This document shows positions 10,601-21,181 of a stretch of 64,000 nucleotides of DNA, in pieces. Numbering within the stretch: position 1 is the stretch's first letter; every line of letters begins with the position of its first letter. The notes beneath the pieces were generated by a model. The model was given only the letters and a program-made list of their open reading frames with translations, did not search any database and had not been told where the DNA came from. This DNA comes from Dendrobates tinctorius (Eukaryota). The stretch is from assembly GCF_039654945.1 (NCBI RefSeq), contig NW_027362023.1, forward strand, positions 1 to 64,000, read 5' to 3'. The position numbers and the translations under genes are program-made.

Positions 10601-13600
10601 CCATGTTTTGGCATAGGTGGTTTCCTTCATTGGAGACTGCCCTTCCCGTGGTTGTTCCTTCCCGGGGAAAGACCTGGCTAGTCATTGCTTGCATTGAGAA
10701 ACATGATGGTGTCTCCGCGGCTTGTGTTTTATACGGTGTATGGAGTGGAGCGCGACGTCTCCACATGTATACGGAGCAGAGCGGGATGTCTCCGTGTATA
10801 CGGTGTGTGGAGCGGAGCGGGATGTCTCCATGTATACGGTGTGTGGAGCGGAGCAGGATGTCTCCGTGTATACGGTGTGTGGAGCGGAGCGGGATGTCTC
10901 CGTGTATACGGTGTGTGGAGCGGAGCGGGATGTCTCCGTGTATACGGTGTGTGGAGCGGAGCGGGATGTCTCCGTGTATACGGTGTGTGGAGCGGAGCGG
11001 GATGTCTCCGTGTATACGGTGTGTGGAGCGGAGCGGGATGTCTCCGTGTATACGGTGTGTGGAGCGGAGCGGGATGTCTCCGTGTATACGGTGTGTGGAG
11101 CGGAGCGGGATGTCTCCGTGTATACGGTGTGTGGAGCGGAGCGGGATGTCTCCGTGTATACGGTGTGTGGAGCGGAGCGGGATGTCTCCGTGTATACGGT
11201 GTGTGGAGCGGAGCGGGATGTCTCCGTGTATACGGTGTGTGGAGCGGAGCGGGATGTCTCCGTGTATACGGTGTGTGGAGCGGAGCGGGATGTCTCCGTG
11301 TATACGGTGTGTGGAGCGGAGCGGGATGTCTCCGTGTATACGGTGTGTGGAGCGGAGTGCGACGTCTCCACGTGTATACAGAGTGTGGAGCGGGATGTCT
11401 CCGTGTATACGGTGTGTGGAGCGGAGTGCGACGTCTCCACGTGTATACAGAGTGTGGAGCGGGATGTCTCCGTGTATACAGAGTGTGGAGCGGAGTGCAA
11501 CGTCTCCACGTGTATACAGAGTGTGGAGCGGGATGTCTCCGTGTATACGGTGTGTGGAGCGGAGTGCGACGTCTCCACGTGTATACTGTGTGTAGAGCGG
11601 AGTGCGACGTCTCCACGTGTATACAGAGTGTGGAGCACGATGTCTCCACGTGTATACGGTGTGCGGAGCGCGGCGTCTCCACGTGTATACGGTGTGCGGA
11701 GCGCGGCGTCTCCACGTGTATACGGTGTGCGGAGCGCGGCGTCTCCACGTGTATACGGTGTGCGGAGCGCGGCGTCTCCACGTGTATACGGTGTGCGGAG
11801 CGCGGCGTCTCCACGTGTATACAGAGTGCGGAGCGGGATGTCTCCACGTGTATACGGTGTGCGGAGCGGGATGTCTCCACGTGTATACAGAGTGCGGAGC
11901 GGGATGTCTCCACGTGTATACAGAGTGTGGAGCGCGATGTCTCCACGTGTATACAGAGTGCGGAGCGGGATGTCTCCACGTGTATACGGTGTGCGGAGCG
12001 GGATGTCTCCACGTGTATACGGTGTGCGGAGCGGGATGTCTCCACGTGTATACGGTGTGCGGAGCGGGATGTCTCCACGTGTATACGGTGTGCGGAGCGG
12101 GATGTCTCCACGTGTATACGGTGTGCGGAGCGGGATGTCTCCACGTGTATACGGTGTGCGGAGCGGGATGTCTCCACGTGTATACGGTGTGCGTAGCGGG
12201 ATGTCTCCGTGTATACGGTGTGTGGAGCGGAGCGGGATGTCTCCGTGTATACGGTGTGCGGAGCGGGACGTCTCCACGTGTATACGGTGTGCGGAGCGGG
12301 ATGTCTCCACGTGTATACGGTGTGTGGAGCGGAGCGGGATGTCTCCGTGTATACGGTGTGTGGAGCCGAGCGGGACGTCTCCACGTGTATACAGAGTGTG
12401 GAGCGCGATGTCTCCACGTGTATACGGTGTGCGGAGCGCGGCGTCTCCACGTGTATACGGTGTGCGGAGCGCGGCGTCTCCTCGTGTATACGGTGTGCGG
12501 AGCGCGGCGTCTCCACGTGTATACGGTGTGCGGAGCGCGGCGTCTCCACGTGTATACGGTGTGCGGAGCGCGGCGTCTCCACGTGTATACGGTGTGCGGA
12601 GCGCGGCGTCTCCACGTGTATACGGTGTGCGGAGCGCGGCGTCTCCACGTGTATACGGTGTGCGGAGCGGGATGTCTCCACGTGTATACAGAGTGTGGAG
12701 CGGGATGTCTCCACGTGTATACGGTGTGTGGAGCGGGATGTCTCCACGTGTATACGGTGTGCGGAGCGGGATGTCTCCACGTGTATACGGTGTGCGGAGC
12801 GCGGCGTCTCCACGTGTATACGGTGTGCGGAGCGCGGCGTCTCCACGTGTATACGGTGTGCGGAGCGCGGCGTCTCCACGTGTATACGGTGTGCGGAGCG
12901 CGGCGTCTCCACGTGTATACGGTGTGCGGAGCGCGGCGTCTCCACGTGTATACGGTGTGCGGAGCGCGGCGTCTCCACGTGTATACGGTGTGCGGAGCGC
13001 GGCGTCTCCACGTGTATACGGTGTGCGGAGCGGGACGTCTCCACGTGTATACAGAGTGCGGAGCGGGATGTCTCCACGTGTATACGGTGTGCGGAGCGCG
13101 GCGTCTCCACGTGTATACGGTGTGCGGAGCGCGGCGTCTCCACGTGTATACGGTGTGCGGAGCGCGGCGTCTCCACGTGTATACGGTGTGCGGAGCGCGG
13201 CGTCTCCACGTGTATACGGTGTGCGGAGCGCGGCGTCTCCACGTGTATACGGTGTGCGGAGCGCGGCGTCTCCACGTGTATACGGTGTGCGGAGCGCGGC
13301 GTCTCCACGTGTATACGGTGTGCGGAGCGCGGCGTCTCCACGTGTATACGGTGTGCGGAGCGCGGCGTCTCCACGTGTATACGGTGTGCGGAGCGCGGCG
13401 TCTCCACGTGTATACGGTGTGCGGAGCGCGGCGTCTCCACGTGTATACGGTGTGCGGAGCGGGATGTCTCCACGTGTATACGGAGTGCGGAGCGGGATGT
13501 CTCCACGTGTATACGGTGTGCGGAGCGCGGCGTCTCCACGTGTATACGGTGTGCGGAGCGCGGCGTCTCCACGTGTATACGGTGTGCGGAGCGCGGCGTC

Positions 13601-16600
13601 TCCACGTGTATACGGTGTGCGGAGCGCGGCGTCTCCACGTGTATACGGTGTGCGGAGCGCGGCGTCTCCACGTGTATACGGTGTGCGGAGCGCGGCGTCT
13701 CCACGTGTATACGGTGTGTGGAGCGGAGAGCGTCGATCCTGCAGGTGCACGATATACACAGCACATACAACTGAATATATGTGCGGGGGGTCGCTCCTCA
13801 CACCGGTGCTGTTCTGCCAAACAGGCAGTGGCTTTAGGGCTCGCACTGTTCTCTGTCTCCTGTGCCCTCGCTCTGTAGGCTTCCTTTGGGCAGAGCCCGG
13901 ACTCATCCTTCATATTTTTCTTGCCTCCAGGGTTCCCGTCCAGTATATAATTGGAGAATGGGACTTCCTGGACATGACGTTAGAAATGAGACCCCCAGTG
14001 CTGATCCCGAGGCCGGAGACTGAGGTAGGAGAGGGTTAGGGCTTTGTAGCTGCCTTATCTGCTCCATTATATCGCCTCCATAGCTGGAGTCTGAAATCTG
14101 CCACCTGCGTCATTAGAGACGCCATCTCCTGCTCCTCTCTTTCATACTTTACACTGCAGCTCTGCTCTGTTTCTTCAGGGAGGAGCCTCAATAGTAAGAG
14201 GGAGGAGTCTTGCGGTCGCCTGTACAGTATGGCCGTTGTAGTGATGTTGTGTCTCTGATGCAGGAGCTCGTGGGGCTGGTGGTGGCCGTCTGCGAGGAGC
14301 TGCACTGTTCTACCGAGGCCTCCGTCCTAGAGGTTGGCTGTGGATCAGGAGCTGTGTCCTTGGCGTTACTCCGGATGATCCCTCAGGTAAAGGGGCCTCC
14401 GCCGTGACGCTCACGCTCTATCCCTCCTACCGCTGTGTCCTGTGATGCCCTGTGATGAGTGGATCCTGCGCTCCCCGCATCTCCCCTGCGCTCCCCGGAT
14501 TCACCCTCTGCCTCTCCATGTCTCTTAGGTGTGCGTCATCGCCATAGATAAATCCGAGGCCGCCGTGAGTCTGACCCGTGATAATGCTGTGAGGTAGGTC
14601 CCTGAACTAGGACCGCAGAGCCGAGCGCTGCGCAGCTCCTTACTCTTTCCCTCCTTCCTCCAGGCTCGGCCTGCAGCACAGACTTCACCTCCTGCAGCAC
14701 GACATTCTGACCGGTGAGATGTGGACGCTTGGCAGCGCAGTGTCACAGACACCGTATCCGGTGCGCTACTGACCTCTTCTCTCACAACGCAGATCCCATA
14801 GAGCGACTGCTGGATCTGGGGGCCGTGTCTGCGGTGGTCAGTAACCCACCCTATATATGTACAGAAGACATGAGTCAGCTGGAGCCGGAGATCCTCAGGT
14901 GGGTGCTGTATGGGGCCGGGGGGGTCTCCTGTCTGTACCCTCCTGTTATTAGCCTGAGCTCTTCCAGCCTGTACCACGTTCCTAGATATGAAGACCACTC
15001 AGCGTTACATGGGGGTCTCGATGGGATGGATGTGATGAAGGGGATCCTACGTCTTGCACCGCTCCTGCTAAAGGATGGGGGGTAAGTGACCTCATTGGAG
15101 GACAACATCTCCAAGGAGTCTGTATGTTTCCTCCGGGTTCTCCGGTTTCTTCCCACATTCCAAAGACATACTGATAGGGAATGTAGATTGTGAGCCTCAA
15201 TGGGGACAGTGATGATAATGTCTGTAAAGCGCTGTGGAATTAATGGCGCTATATAATGAGTAGAGTAAAATAAATAAAATCATTGCGACTTCTGCAGGAT
15301 GTTCAGGGACACCAATGTCTTCTATTCCTTCAATTTCCAGGGATGTTTTTCTGGAGGGGGATCCTCGGCATCCTGAGATGGTGAAAAAATGGCTGGAAGA
15401 CCACCCAGAAGGGCGACTACAGCTCCAGAATATAGTGAAGGATTTCTGCGGCAAGTAAGTGTCCGGGAAGGCAGGGTGAGCCTTGCCGGTGTGTGTGTGT
15501 GGGGGGGGGGGCAGGGTGAGCCTTGCCTGTGTGTGTGTGTGCGTGGGNNNNNNNNNNNNNNNNNNNNNNNNNNNNNNNNNNNNNNNNNNNNNNNNNNNNN
15601 NNNNNNNNNNNNNNNNNNNNNNNNNNNNNNNNNNNNNNNNNNNNNNNNNNNNNNNNNNNNNNNNNNNNNNNNNNNNNNNNNNNNNNNNNNNNNNNNNNNN
15701 NNNNNNNNNNNNNNNNNNNNNNNNNNNNNNNNNNNNNNNNNNNNNNNNNNNNNNNNNNNNNNNNNNNNNNNNNNNNNNNNNNNNNNNNNNNNNNNNNNNN
15801 NNNNNNNNNNNNNNNNNNNNNNNNNNNNNNNNNNNNNNNNNNNNNNNNNNNNNNNNNNNNNNNNNNNNNNNNNNNNNNNNNNNNNNNNNNNNNNNNNNNN
15901 NNNNNCTGGTGTGTGTGTGGGGGGGGCAGGGTGAGCCCTGCCGGTGTGTGTGTGTGGGGGGGGCAGGGTGAGCCCTGCCGGTGTGTGTGTGTGGGGGAGG
16001 CAGGGTGAGCCCTGCCGGTGTGTGTGTGTGGGGGAGGCAGGGTGAGCCCTGCCGGTGTGTGTGTGTGTGGGGGAGGCAGGGTGAGCCCTGCCGGTGTGTG
16101 TGTGTGGGGGAGGCAGGGTGAGCCCTGCCGGTGTGTGTGTGTGGGGGAGGCAGGGTGAGCCCTGCCGGTGTGTGTGTGTGTGGGGGAGGCAGGGTGAGCC
16201 CTGCCGGTGTGTGTGTGTGGGGGAGGCAGGGTGAGCCCTGCCGGTGTGTGTGTGTGTGGGGGAGGCAGGGTGAGCCCTGCCGGTGTGTGTGTGTGTGGGG
16301 GAGGCAGGGTGAGCCCTGCCGGTGTGTGTGTGTGTGGGGGAGGCAGGGTGAGCCCTGCCGGTGTGTGTGTGTGTGGGGGAGGCAGGGTGAGCCCTGCCGG
16401 TGTGTGTGTGTGGGGGAGGCAGGGTGAGCCCTGCCGGTGTGTGTGTGTGGGGGAGGCAGGGTGAGCCCTGCCGGTGTGTGTGTGTGGGGGAGGCAGGGTG
16501 AGCCCTGCCGGTGTGTGTGTGTGTGGGGGAGGCAGGGTGAGCCCTGCCGGTGTGTGTGTGTGTGGGGGAGGCAGGGTGAGCCCTGCCGGTGTGTGTGTGT

Positions 16601-17435
16601 GTGGGGGAGGCAGGGTGAGCCCTGCCGGTGTGTGTGTGTGTGGGGGAGGCAGGGTGAGCCCTGCCGGTGTGTGTGTGTGTGGGGGAGGCAGGGTGAGCCC
16701 TGCCGGTGTGTGTGTGTGTGGGGGAGGCAGGGTGAGCCCTGCCGGTGTGTGTGTGTGTGGGGGAGGCAGGGTGAGCCCTGCCGGTGTGTGTGTGTGTGGG
16801 GGAGGCAGGGTGAGCCCTGCCGGTGTGTGTGTGTGTGGGGGAGGCAGGGTGAGCCCTGCCGGTGTGTGTGTGTGTGGGGGAGGCAGGGTGAGCCCTGCCG
16901 GTGTGTGTGTGTGTGGGGGAGGCAGGGTGAGCCCTGCCGGTGTGTGTGTGTGGGGGAGGCAGGGTGAGCCCTGCCGGTGTGTGTGTGTGTGGGGGAGGCA
17001 GGGTGAGCCCTGCCGGTGTGTGTGTGTGGGGGAGGCAGGGTGAGCCCTGCCGGTGTGTGTGTGTGGGGGAGGCAGGGTGAGCCCTGCCGGTGTGTGTGTG
17101 GGGGAGGCAGGGTGAGCCCTGCCGGTGTGTGTGTGGGGGAGGCAGGGTGAGCCCTGCCGGTGTGTGTGTGGGGGAGGCAGGGTGAGCCCTGCCGGTGTGT
17201 GTGTGTGTGGGGGAGGCAGGGTGAGCCCTGCTGGTGTGTGTGTGTGTGGGGGAGGCAGGGTGAGCCCTGCAGGCGCGGTGCAGGACTGCGCAGTGCCCAT
17301 CGGTGTAACATATGCCGTCTGTCCACATTCATACATCTTGTTGTTGCTCTCTTGTCCGGCCCCAATGTCTGACTTATGTTTATCCTCAGGCCTCGCTTCA
17401 TCCATCTACGGAGGAGACAAAGCTCTGAGCGCTGA
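7696..17435 (+). CDS. HEMK1: HemK methyltransferase family member 1 (PrmC-like release-factor glutamine methyltransferase), 325 aa, 10 coding exons
   Basis: join(7696-7887,9884-9975,13931-14024,14264-14386,14529-14593,14664-14713,14793-14898,14986-15081,15341-15454,17390-17435) = 978 nt, all GT-AG and phase-consistent. Motifs: [44 protein letters not shown] motif [35 protein letters not shown]. Start ATG follows an acceptor at 7691-7692. Confidence 0.95.
7925..9655. repeat. G-rich ~29-bp minisatellite (GGGACTGAG-G7-9-ATCTGGAGGAA) filling HEMK1 coding intron 1
   Basis: Tandem copies visible, with long G-runs on the sense strand. Confidence 0.95.
9992..10122 (+). mobile_element. Truncated PIF/Harbinger-like MITE, left arm
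   Basis: tta|GGCCGGGATCACAC start (TWA flank, GGC end) and internal hairpin gagctgcggctg...cagccgcagctc. No right TIR found. Confidence 0.45.
10464..10730 (+). mobile_element. Short non-autonomous element with 50-bp inverted arms enclosing a hammerhead ribozyme (Penelope-like/retrozyme-type)
   Basis: 10464-10513 matches the reverse complement of 10681-10730 at 45/50 positions. Hammerhead core lies between the arms. The element splits a minisatellite array. Confidence 0.7.
10548..10598 (+). ncRNA. Type I minimal hammerhead ribozyme
   Basis: Stem I TCCACA(10551-56)/TGTGGA(10589-94); core CTGATGA(10557-63); stem II GGGG-CAATA-CCCC; GAAA(10577-80); short stem III with palindromic CAGCTG; GUC triplet with predicted cleavage after C10588. 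Confidence 0.88.
15116..15280 (+). mobile_element. 5'-truncated V-SINE-like element with L2-type 3' tail
   Basis: V-domain-like tttcctccgggttctccggtttcttcccacattccaaagacat, L2-type stem-loop agcgctgtggaattaatggcgct, A-rich tail. Confidence 0.65.
15466..17272. repeat. 35-39 bp minisatellite (GGCAGGGTGAGCCCTGCC + (GT)n + GGGGGA) in the last HEMK1 intron
   Basis: Tandem copies visible; array contains an assembly gap. Confidence 0.95.
15548..15905. other. Assembly gap (358 N)
   Basis: Run of N. Confidence 1.
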
Positions 17436-18109
17436 CACTGCGAACAAGTCACTCCTGAGGTACTCATCCTTCCATACTGTTGTATCTCAGCCCTGTGCAC
17501 TGACACTGTGGACACCAGGACAAGTCGCTAGTGAGGTATCTGTCCCTCCGTATTGGTGTAGCTCCGGGAAATGAGGATGCTCTATTGAGAGTGATGCATC
17601 ATGGGAAGAAACGTGAAATGTGGCTGGAGCATGTGTGTCCCAAATATAGAAGGAACCCCCTGAACATCTTTGCCCCGGACCCCAGAAATCAGAGCCGCAG
17701 CGATCAGCCTCGAACACTGAGCACCAATGACGCTGATGTGGGTAATTCTTTGTCCATTGATCAGATCTTTATTCCAGCACCAGGGGCTGACAACTTGTCA
17801 CTCATGTATACAGGCAGGTTGTCAGCAGTGATGGATGAGGGGCAGTGTTGTAGTGTGAGGTGTGTGGTCTGATCAGTGGATGGTGGCCTGGCAGCTTTCT
17901 GTCCTCCTCCTCCCTTGGTGTCCCTCTTCCCGACGCCGTCCCTCCTCCTCCATCATCCAGGAATCCTGCACTGTTGCCAGTTCCTAGAATCCGGGTGACA
18001 AAGTCCCGTCCGTCCTGGAGATCTTTCCTGGAATTCAGCAATGAATGACGAGGGTGGAAATTGTCTGACTCTCCCTGATGTCATGTATGATGGCGTCTGC
18101 TCTGTGTGT

Positions 18110-20135
18110 CGCCGGCTCTGTGGGGTGTCTTCTCTGTGGGTCTCCGGCTCTTGTGGGTCTCCGGCTCTTGTGGGTCTCCGGCTCTTGTGGGTCTCCGGCT
18201 CTTGTGGGTCTCCGGCTCTTGTGGGTCTCCGGCTCTTGTGGGTCTCCGGCTCTTGTGGGTCTCCAGCTCTTGTGGGTCTCCGGCTCTTGTGAGTTACCTT
18301 CTCTGTGGGTCTCCGGCTCTTGTGGGTCTCCGGCTCTTGTGGGTTACCTTCTCTGTGGGTCTCCGGCTCTTGTGGATCTCTGGCTCTGTGGGTCTCCGGC
18401 TCTTGTGGGTCTCCGGCTCTTGTGAGTTACCTTCTCTGTGGGTCTCCGGCTCTGTGGGTTTCCGGCTCTTGTGGGTCTCCGGCTCTTGTGAGTTACCTTC
18501 TCTGTGGGTCTCTGGCTCTTGTGGGTCTCCGGCTCTTGTGGGTTACCTTCTCTGTGGGTCTACGGCTCTTGTGGATCTCCGGCTCTGTGGGTCTCCGGCT
18601 CTTGTGGGTCTCCGGCTCTTGTGAGTTACCTTCTCTGTGGGTCTCCGGCTCTGTGGGTTTCCGGCTCTTGTGGGTCTCCGGCTCTTGTGAGTTACCTTCT
18701 CTGTGGGTCTCCGGCTCTTGTGAGTTACCTTCTCTGTGGGTCTCCGGCTCTTGTGAGTTACCTTCTCTGTGGGTCTCCGGCTCTTGTGAGTTACCTTCTC
18801 TGTGGGTCTCCGGCTCTTGTGAGTTACCTTCTCTGTGGGTCTCCGGCTCTTGTGAGTTACCTTCTCTGTGGGTCTCTGGCTCTTGTGGGTCTCCGGCTCT
18901 TGTGGGTCTCCGGCTCTTGTGGGTCTCCGGCTCTTGTGGGTCTCCGGCTCTTGTGAGTTACCTTCTCTGTGGGTCTCCGGCTCTTGTGAGTTACCTTCTC
19001 TGTGGGTCTCCGGCTCTTGTGAGTTACCTTCTCTGTGGGTCTCCGGCTCTTGTGAGTTACCTTCTCTGTGGGTCTCCGGCTCTTGTGAGTTACCTTCTCT
19101 GTGGGTCTCCGGCTCTTGTGAGTTACCTTCTCTGTGGGTCTCCGGCTCTTGTGAGTTACCTTCTCTGTGGGTCTCCGGCTCTTGTGAGTTACCTTCTCTG
19201 TGGGTCTCCGGCTCTTGTGAGTTACCTTCTCTGTGGGTCTCCGGCTCTTGTGAGTTACCTTCTCTGTGGGTCTCCGGCTCTGTGGATCTCCGGCTCTGTG
19301 GGTCTCCGGCTCTTGTGAGTTACCTTCACTGTGGGTCTCCGGCTCTGTGGGTCTCCAGCTCTGTGGGTCTCCGGCTCTTGTGGGTCTCCGGCTCTTGTGA
19401 GTTACCTTCTCTGTGGGTCTCCGGCTCTTGTGAGTTACCTTCTCTGTGGGTCTCCGGCTCTGTGGGTCTCCGGCTCTTGTGGGTCTCCGGCTCTTGTGAG
19501 TTACCTTCTCTGTGGGTCTCCGGCTCTTGTGAGTTACCTTCTCTGTGGGTCTCCGGCTCTTGTGGGTCTCCGGCTCTTGTGGGTCTCCGGCTCTTGTGAG
19601 TTACCTTCTCTGTGGGTCTCCGGCTCTTGTGAGTTACCTTCTCTGTGGCTCTCCGGCTCTTGTGAGTTACCTTCTCTGTGGCTCTCCGGCTCTTGTGAGT
19701 TACCTTCTCTGTGGCTCTCCGGCTCTTGTGAGTTACCTTCTCTGTGGGTCTCCGGCTCTTGTGAGTTACCTTCTCTGTGGGTCTCCGGCTCTTGTGAGTT
19801 ACCTTCTCTGTGGGTCTCCGGCTCTTGTGAGTTACCTTCTCTGTGGGTCTCCGGCTCTTGTGAGTTACCTTCTCTGTGGGTCTCCGGCTCTGTGGGTCTT
19901 CGGCTCTGTGGGTCTCCGGCTCTGTGGGTCTCCGGCTCTTGTGAGTTACCTTCTCTGTGGGTCTCCGGCTCTTGTGAGTTACCTTCTCTGTGGGTCTCCG
20001 GCTCTTGTGAGTTACCTTCTCTGTGGGTCTCCGGCTCTTGTGAGTTACCTTCTCTGTGGGTCTCCGGCTCTGTGGGTCTCCGGCTCTTGTGAGTTACCTT
20101 CTCTGTGGGTCTCCGGCGCTGTGGGTCGCCCGCGC
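18110..20135. repeat. Composite minisatellite of 17-bp (GTGGGTCTCCGGCTCTT) and 16-bp (GTGAGTTACCTTCTCT) subunits
   Basis: Tandem copies visible. Pure 17-mers give way to 33-bp composite units. Confidence 0.95.
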
Positions 20136-21181
20136 TGTGGATGAGGCTTTTAGTGCTGTAGTTTTTCTTAGTTGATGATTTGTACGGTTCTCTGGCCGGG
20201 CGGCGGGAATCTTAATATTTTTCTGAATCTGTTGTGTTTCGCTCTTCATTATGTAAAGTGGCCAAATCAATGACTTCCGTGTGCTTCACGTTCTCACGGC
20301 CTCCGCTTGCTGTCAGTGAATGGAAACCTCTTGTCCGCAGCTTTACCTTCCCTGGAGCTAAGCCTCGGCTTTATTCTGCCATGATGGATTTTAAGCCTGA
20401 CAGCAATCAGAGATCGTAATGATGGAAGATTAAAATGTAAAAGCTGTTGCAGAGTTGCAGAGCATTCTTTTATTAAGGTCTGATTGTATTTTTTTTGGTG
20501 GGGGGGTGAGAAGCACAATACCTGCCGCTGTGTTTTAGACTGTAGCGTCTTCCATTGCCGCCTGGGAAGTCGGATGGATCAGCGGCGACGACTCCGCTGA
20601 TCAGTACAGAGATGATACAGTGTAACTCGCCATTGGATAAATGGTAAGCTCCTTATTACCATGGCAACGGGAATATAAAATGTTCGCTAAAGGAACAAGC
20701 CAGAGCCACGACGTGCAGAGATTATTACAGGGGTCCGTGATAATGAGGTACACTACAATACCAGAGTCAGAGATGGCAAAGACTCTGCGTTCATACTAAT
20801 CAGTCACTGGCAACATCCGGACCTGATCGTACAGAAAGTCTGATCGTCCGCCACTTTGACCGTTAGATATTATAGGAGGTGGGTCGTCATTTCAGAAGCC
20901 CCCTCACCCTGAAGACCCTCGGCCCAATAATACATGCCCGGGGAGGTGGTTCTCTATGATCCGGAGCAGATGTGTGTGAGCAGGGATTCCAGGAAATCCC
21001 ATACCCGGCGGCCTTAAGGGAATCGCAGCCCCTGGACTCTGCTGAAGAGGGGATTTGTTTAGTAGATTCAGGACTGCGGAAAATTCTGTCTTTCCAGGGA
21101 ATGTTTATGATCTAGAAGCATTTCTGGAAAATGGATCAATAACAATTCATGGAAGAGTCAAGACGGAAAAAATCAGCGGCA

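Larger units (their letters stand above)
10135..13725. repeat. 31-36 bp CpG-rich minisatellite (GTGTATACGGTGTGCGGAGCGCGGCGTCTCCAC) in HEMK1 coding intron 2, interrupted at 10464-10730
   Basis: Tandem copies visible. Unit shifts from 31 to 36 to 33 bp along the array. Confidence 0.95.

Noticed and set aside
10497-14039. 500-1100 aa ORFs on both strands
   Set aside because: Minisatellite artefacts; only 13931-14024 is a real HEMK1 exon.
15197-20144. His/Thr- and Ser/Gly/Cys-rich long ORFs
   Set aside because: Repeat-derived, partly spanning an N gap.
20429-20434. ATTAAA as the HEMK1 poly(A) signal
   Set aside because: Plausible, but it lies 3 kb from the stop codon and cannot be supported without transcript data.
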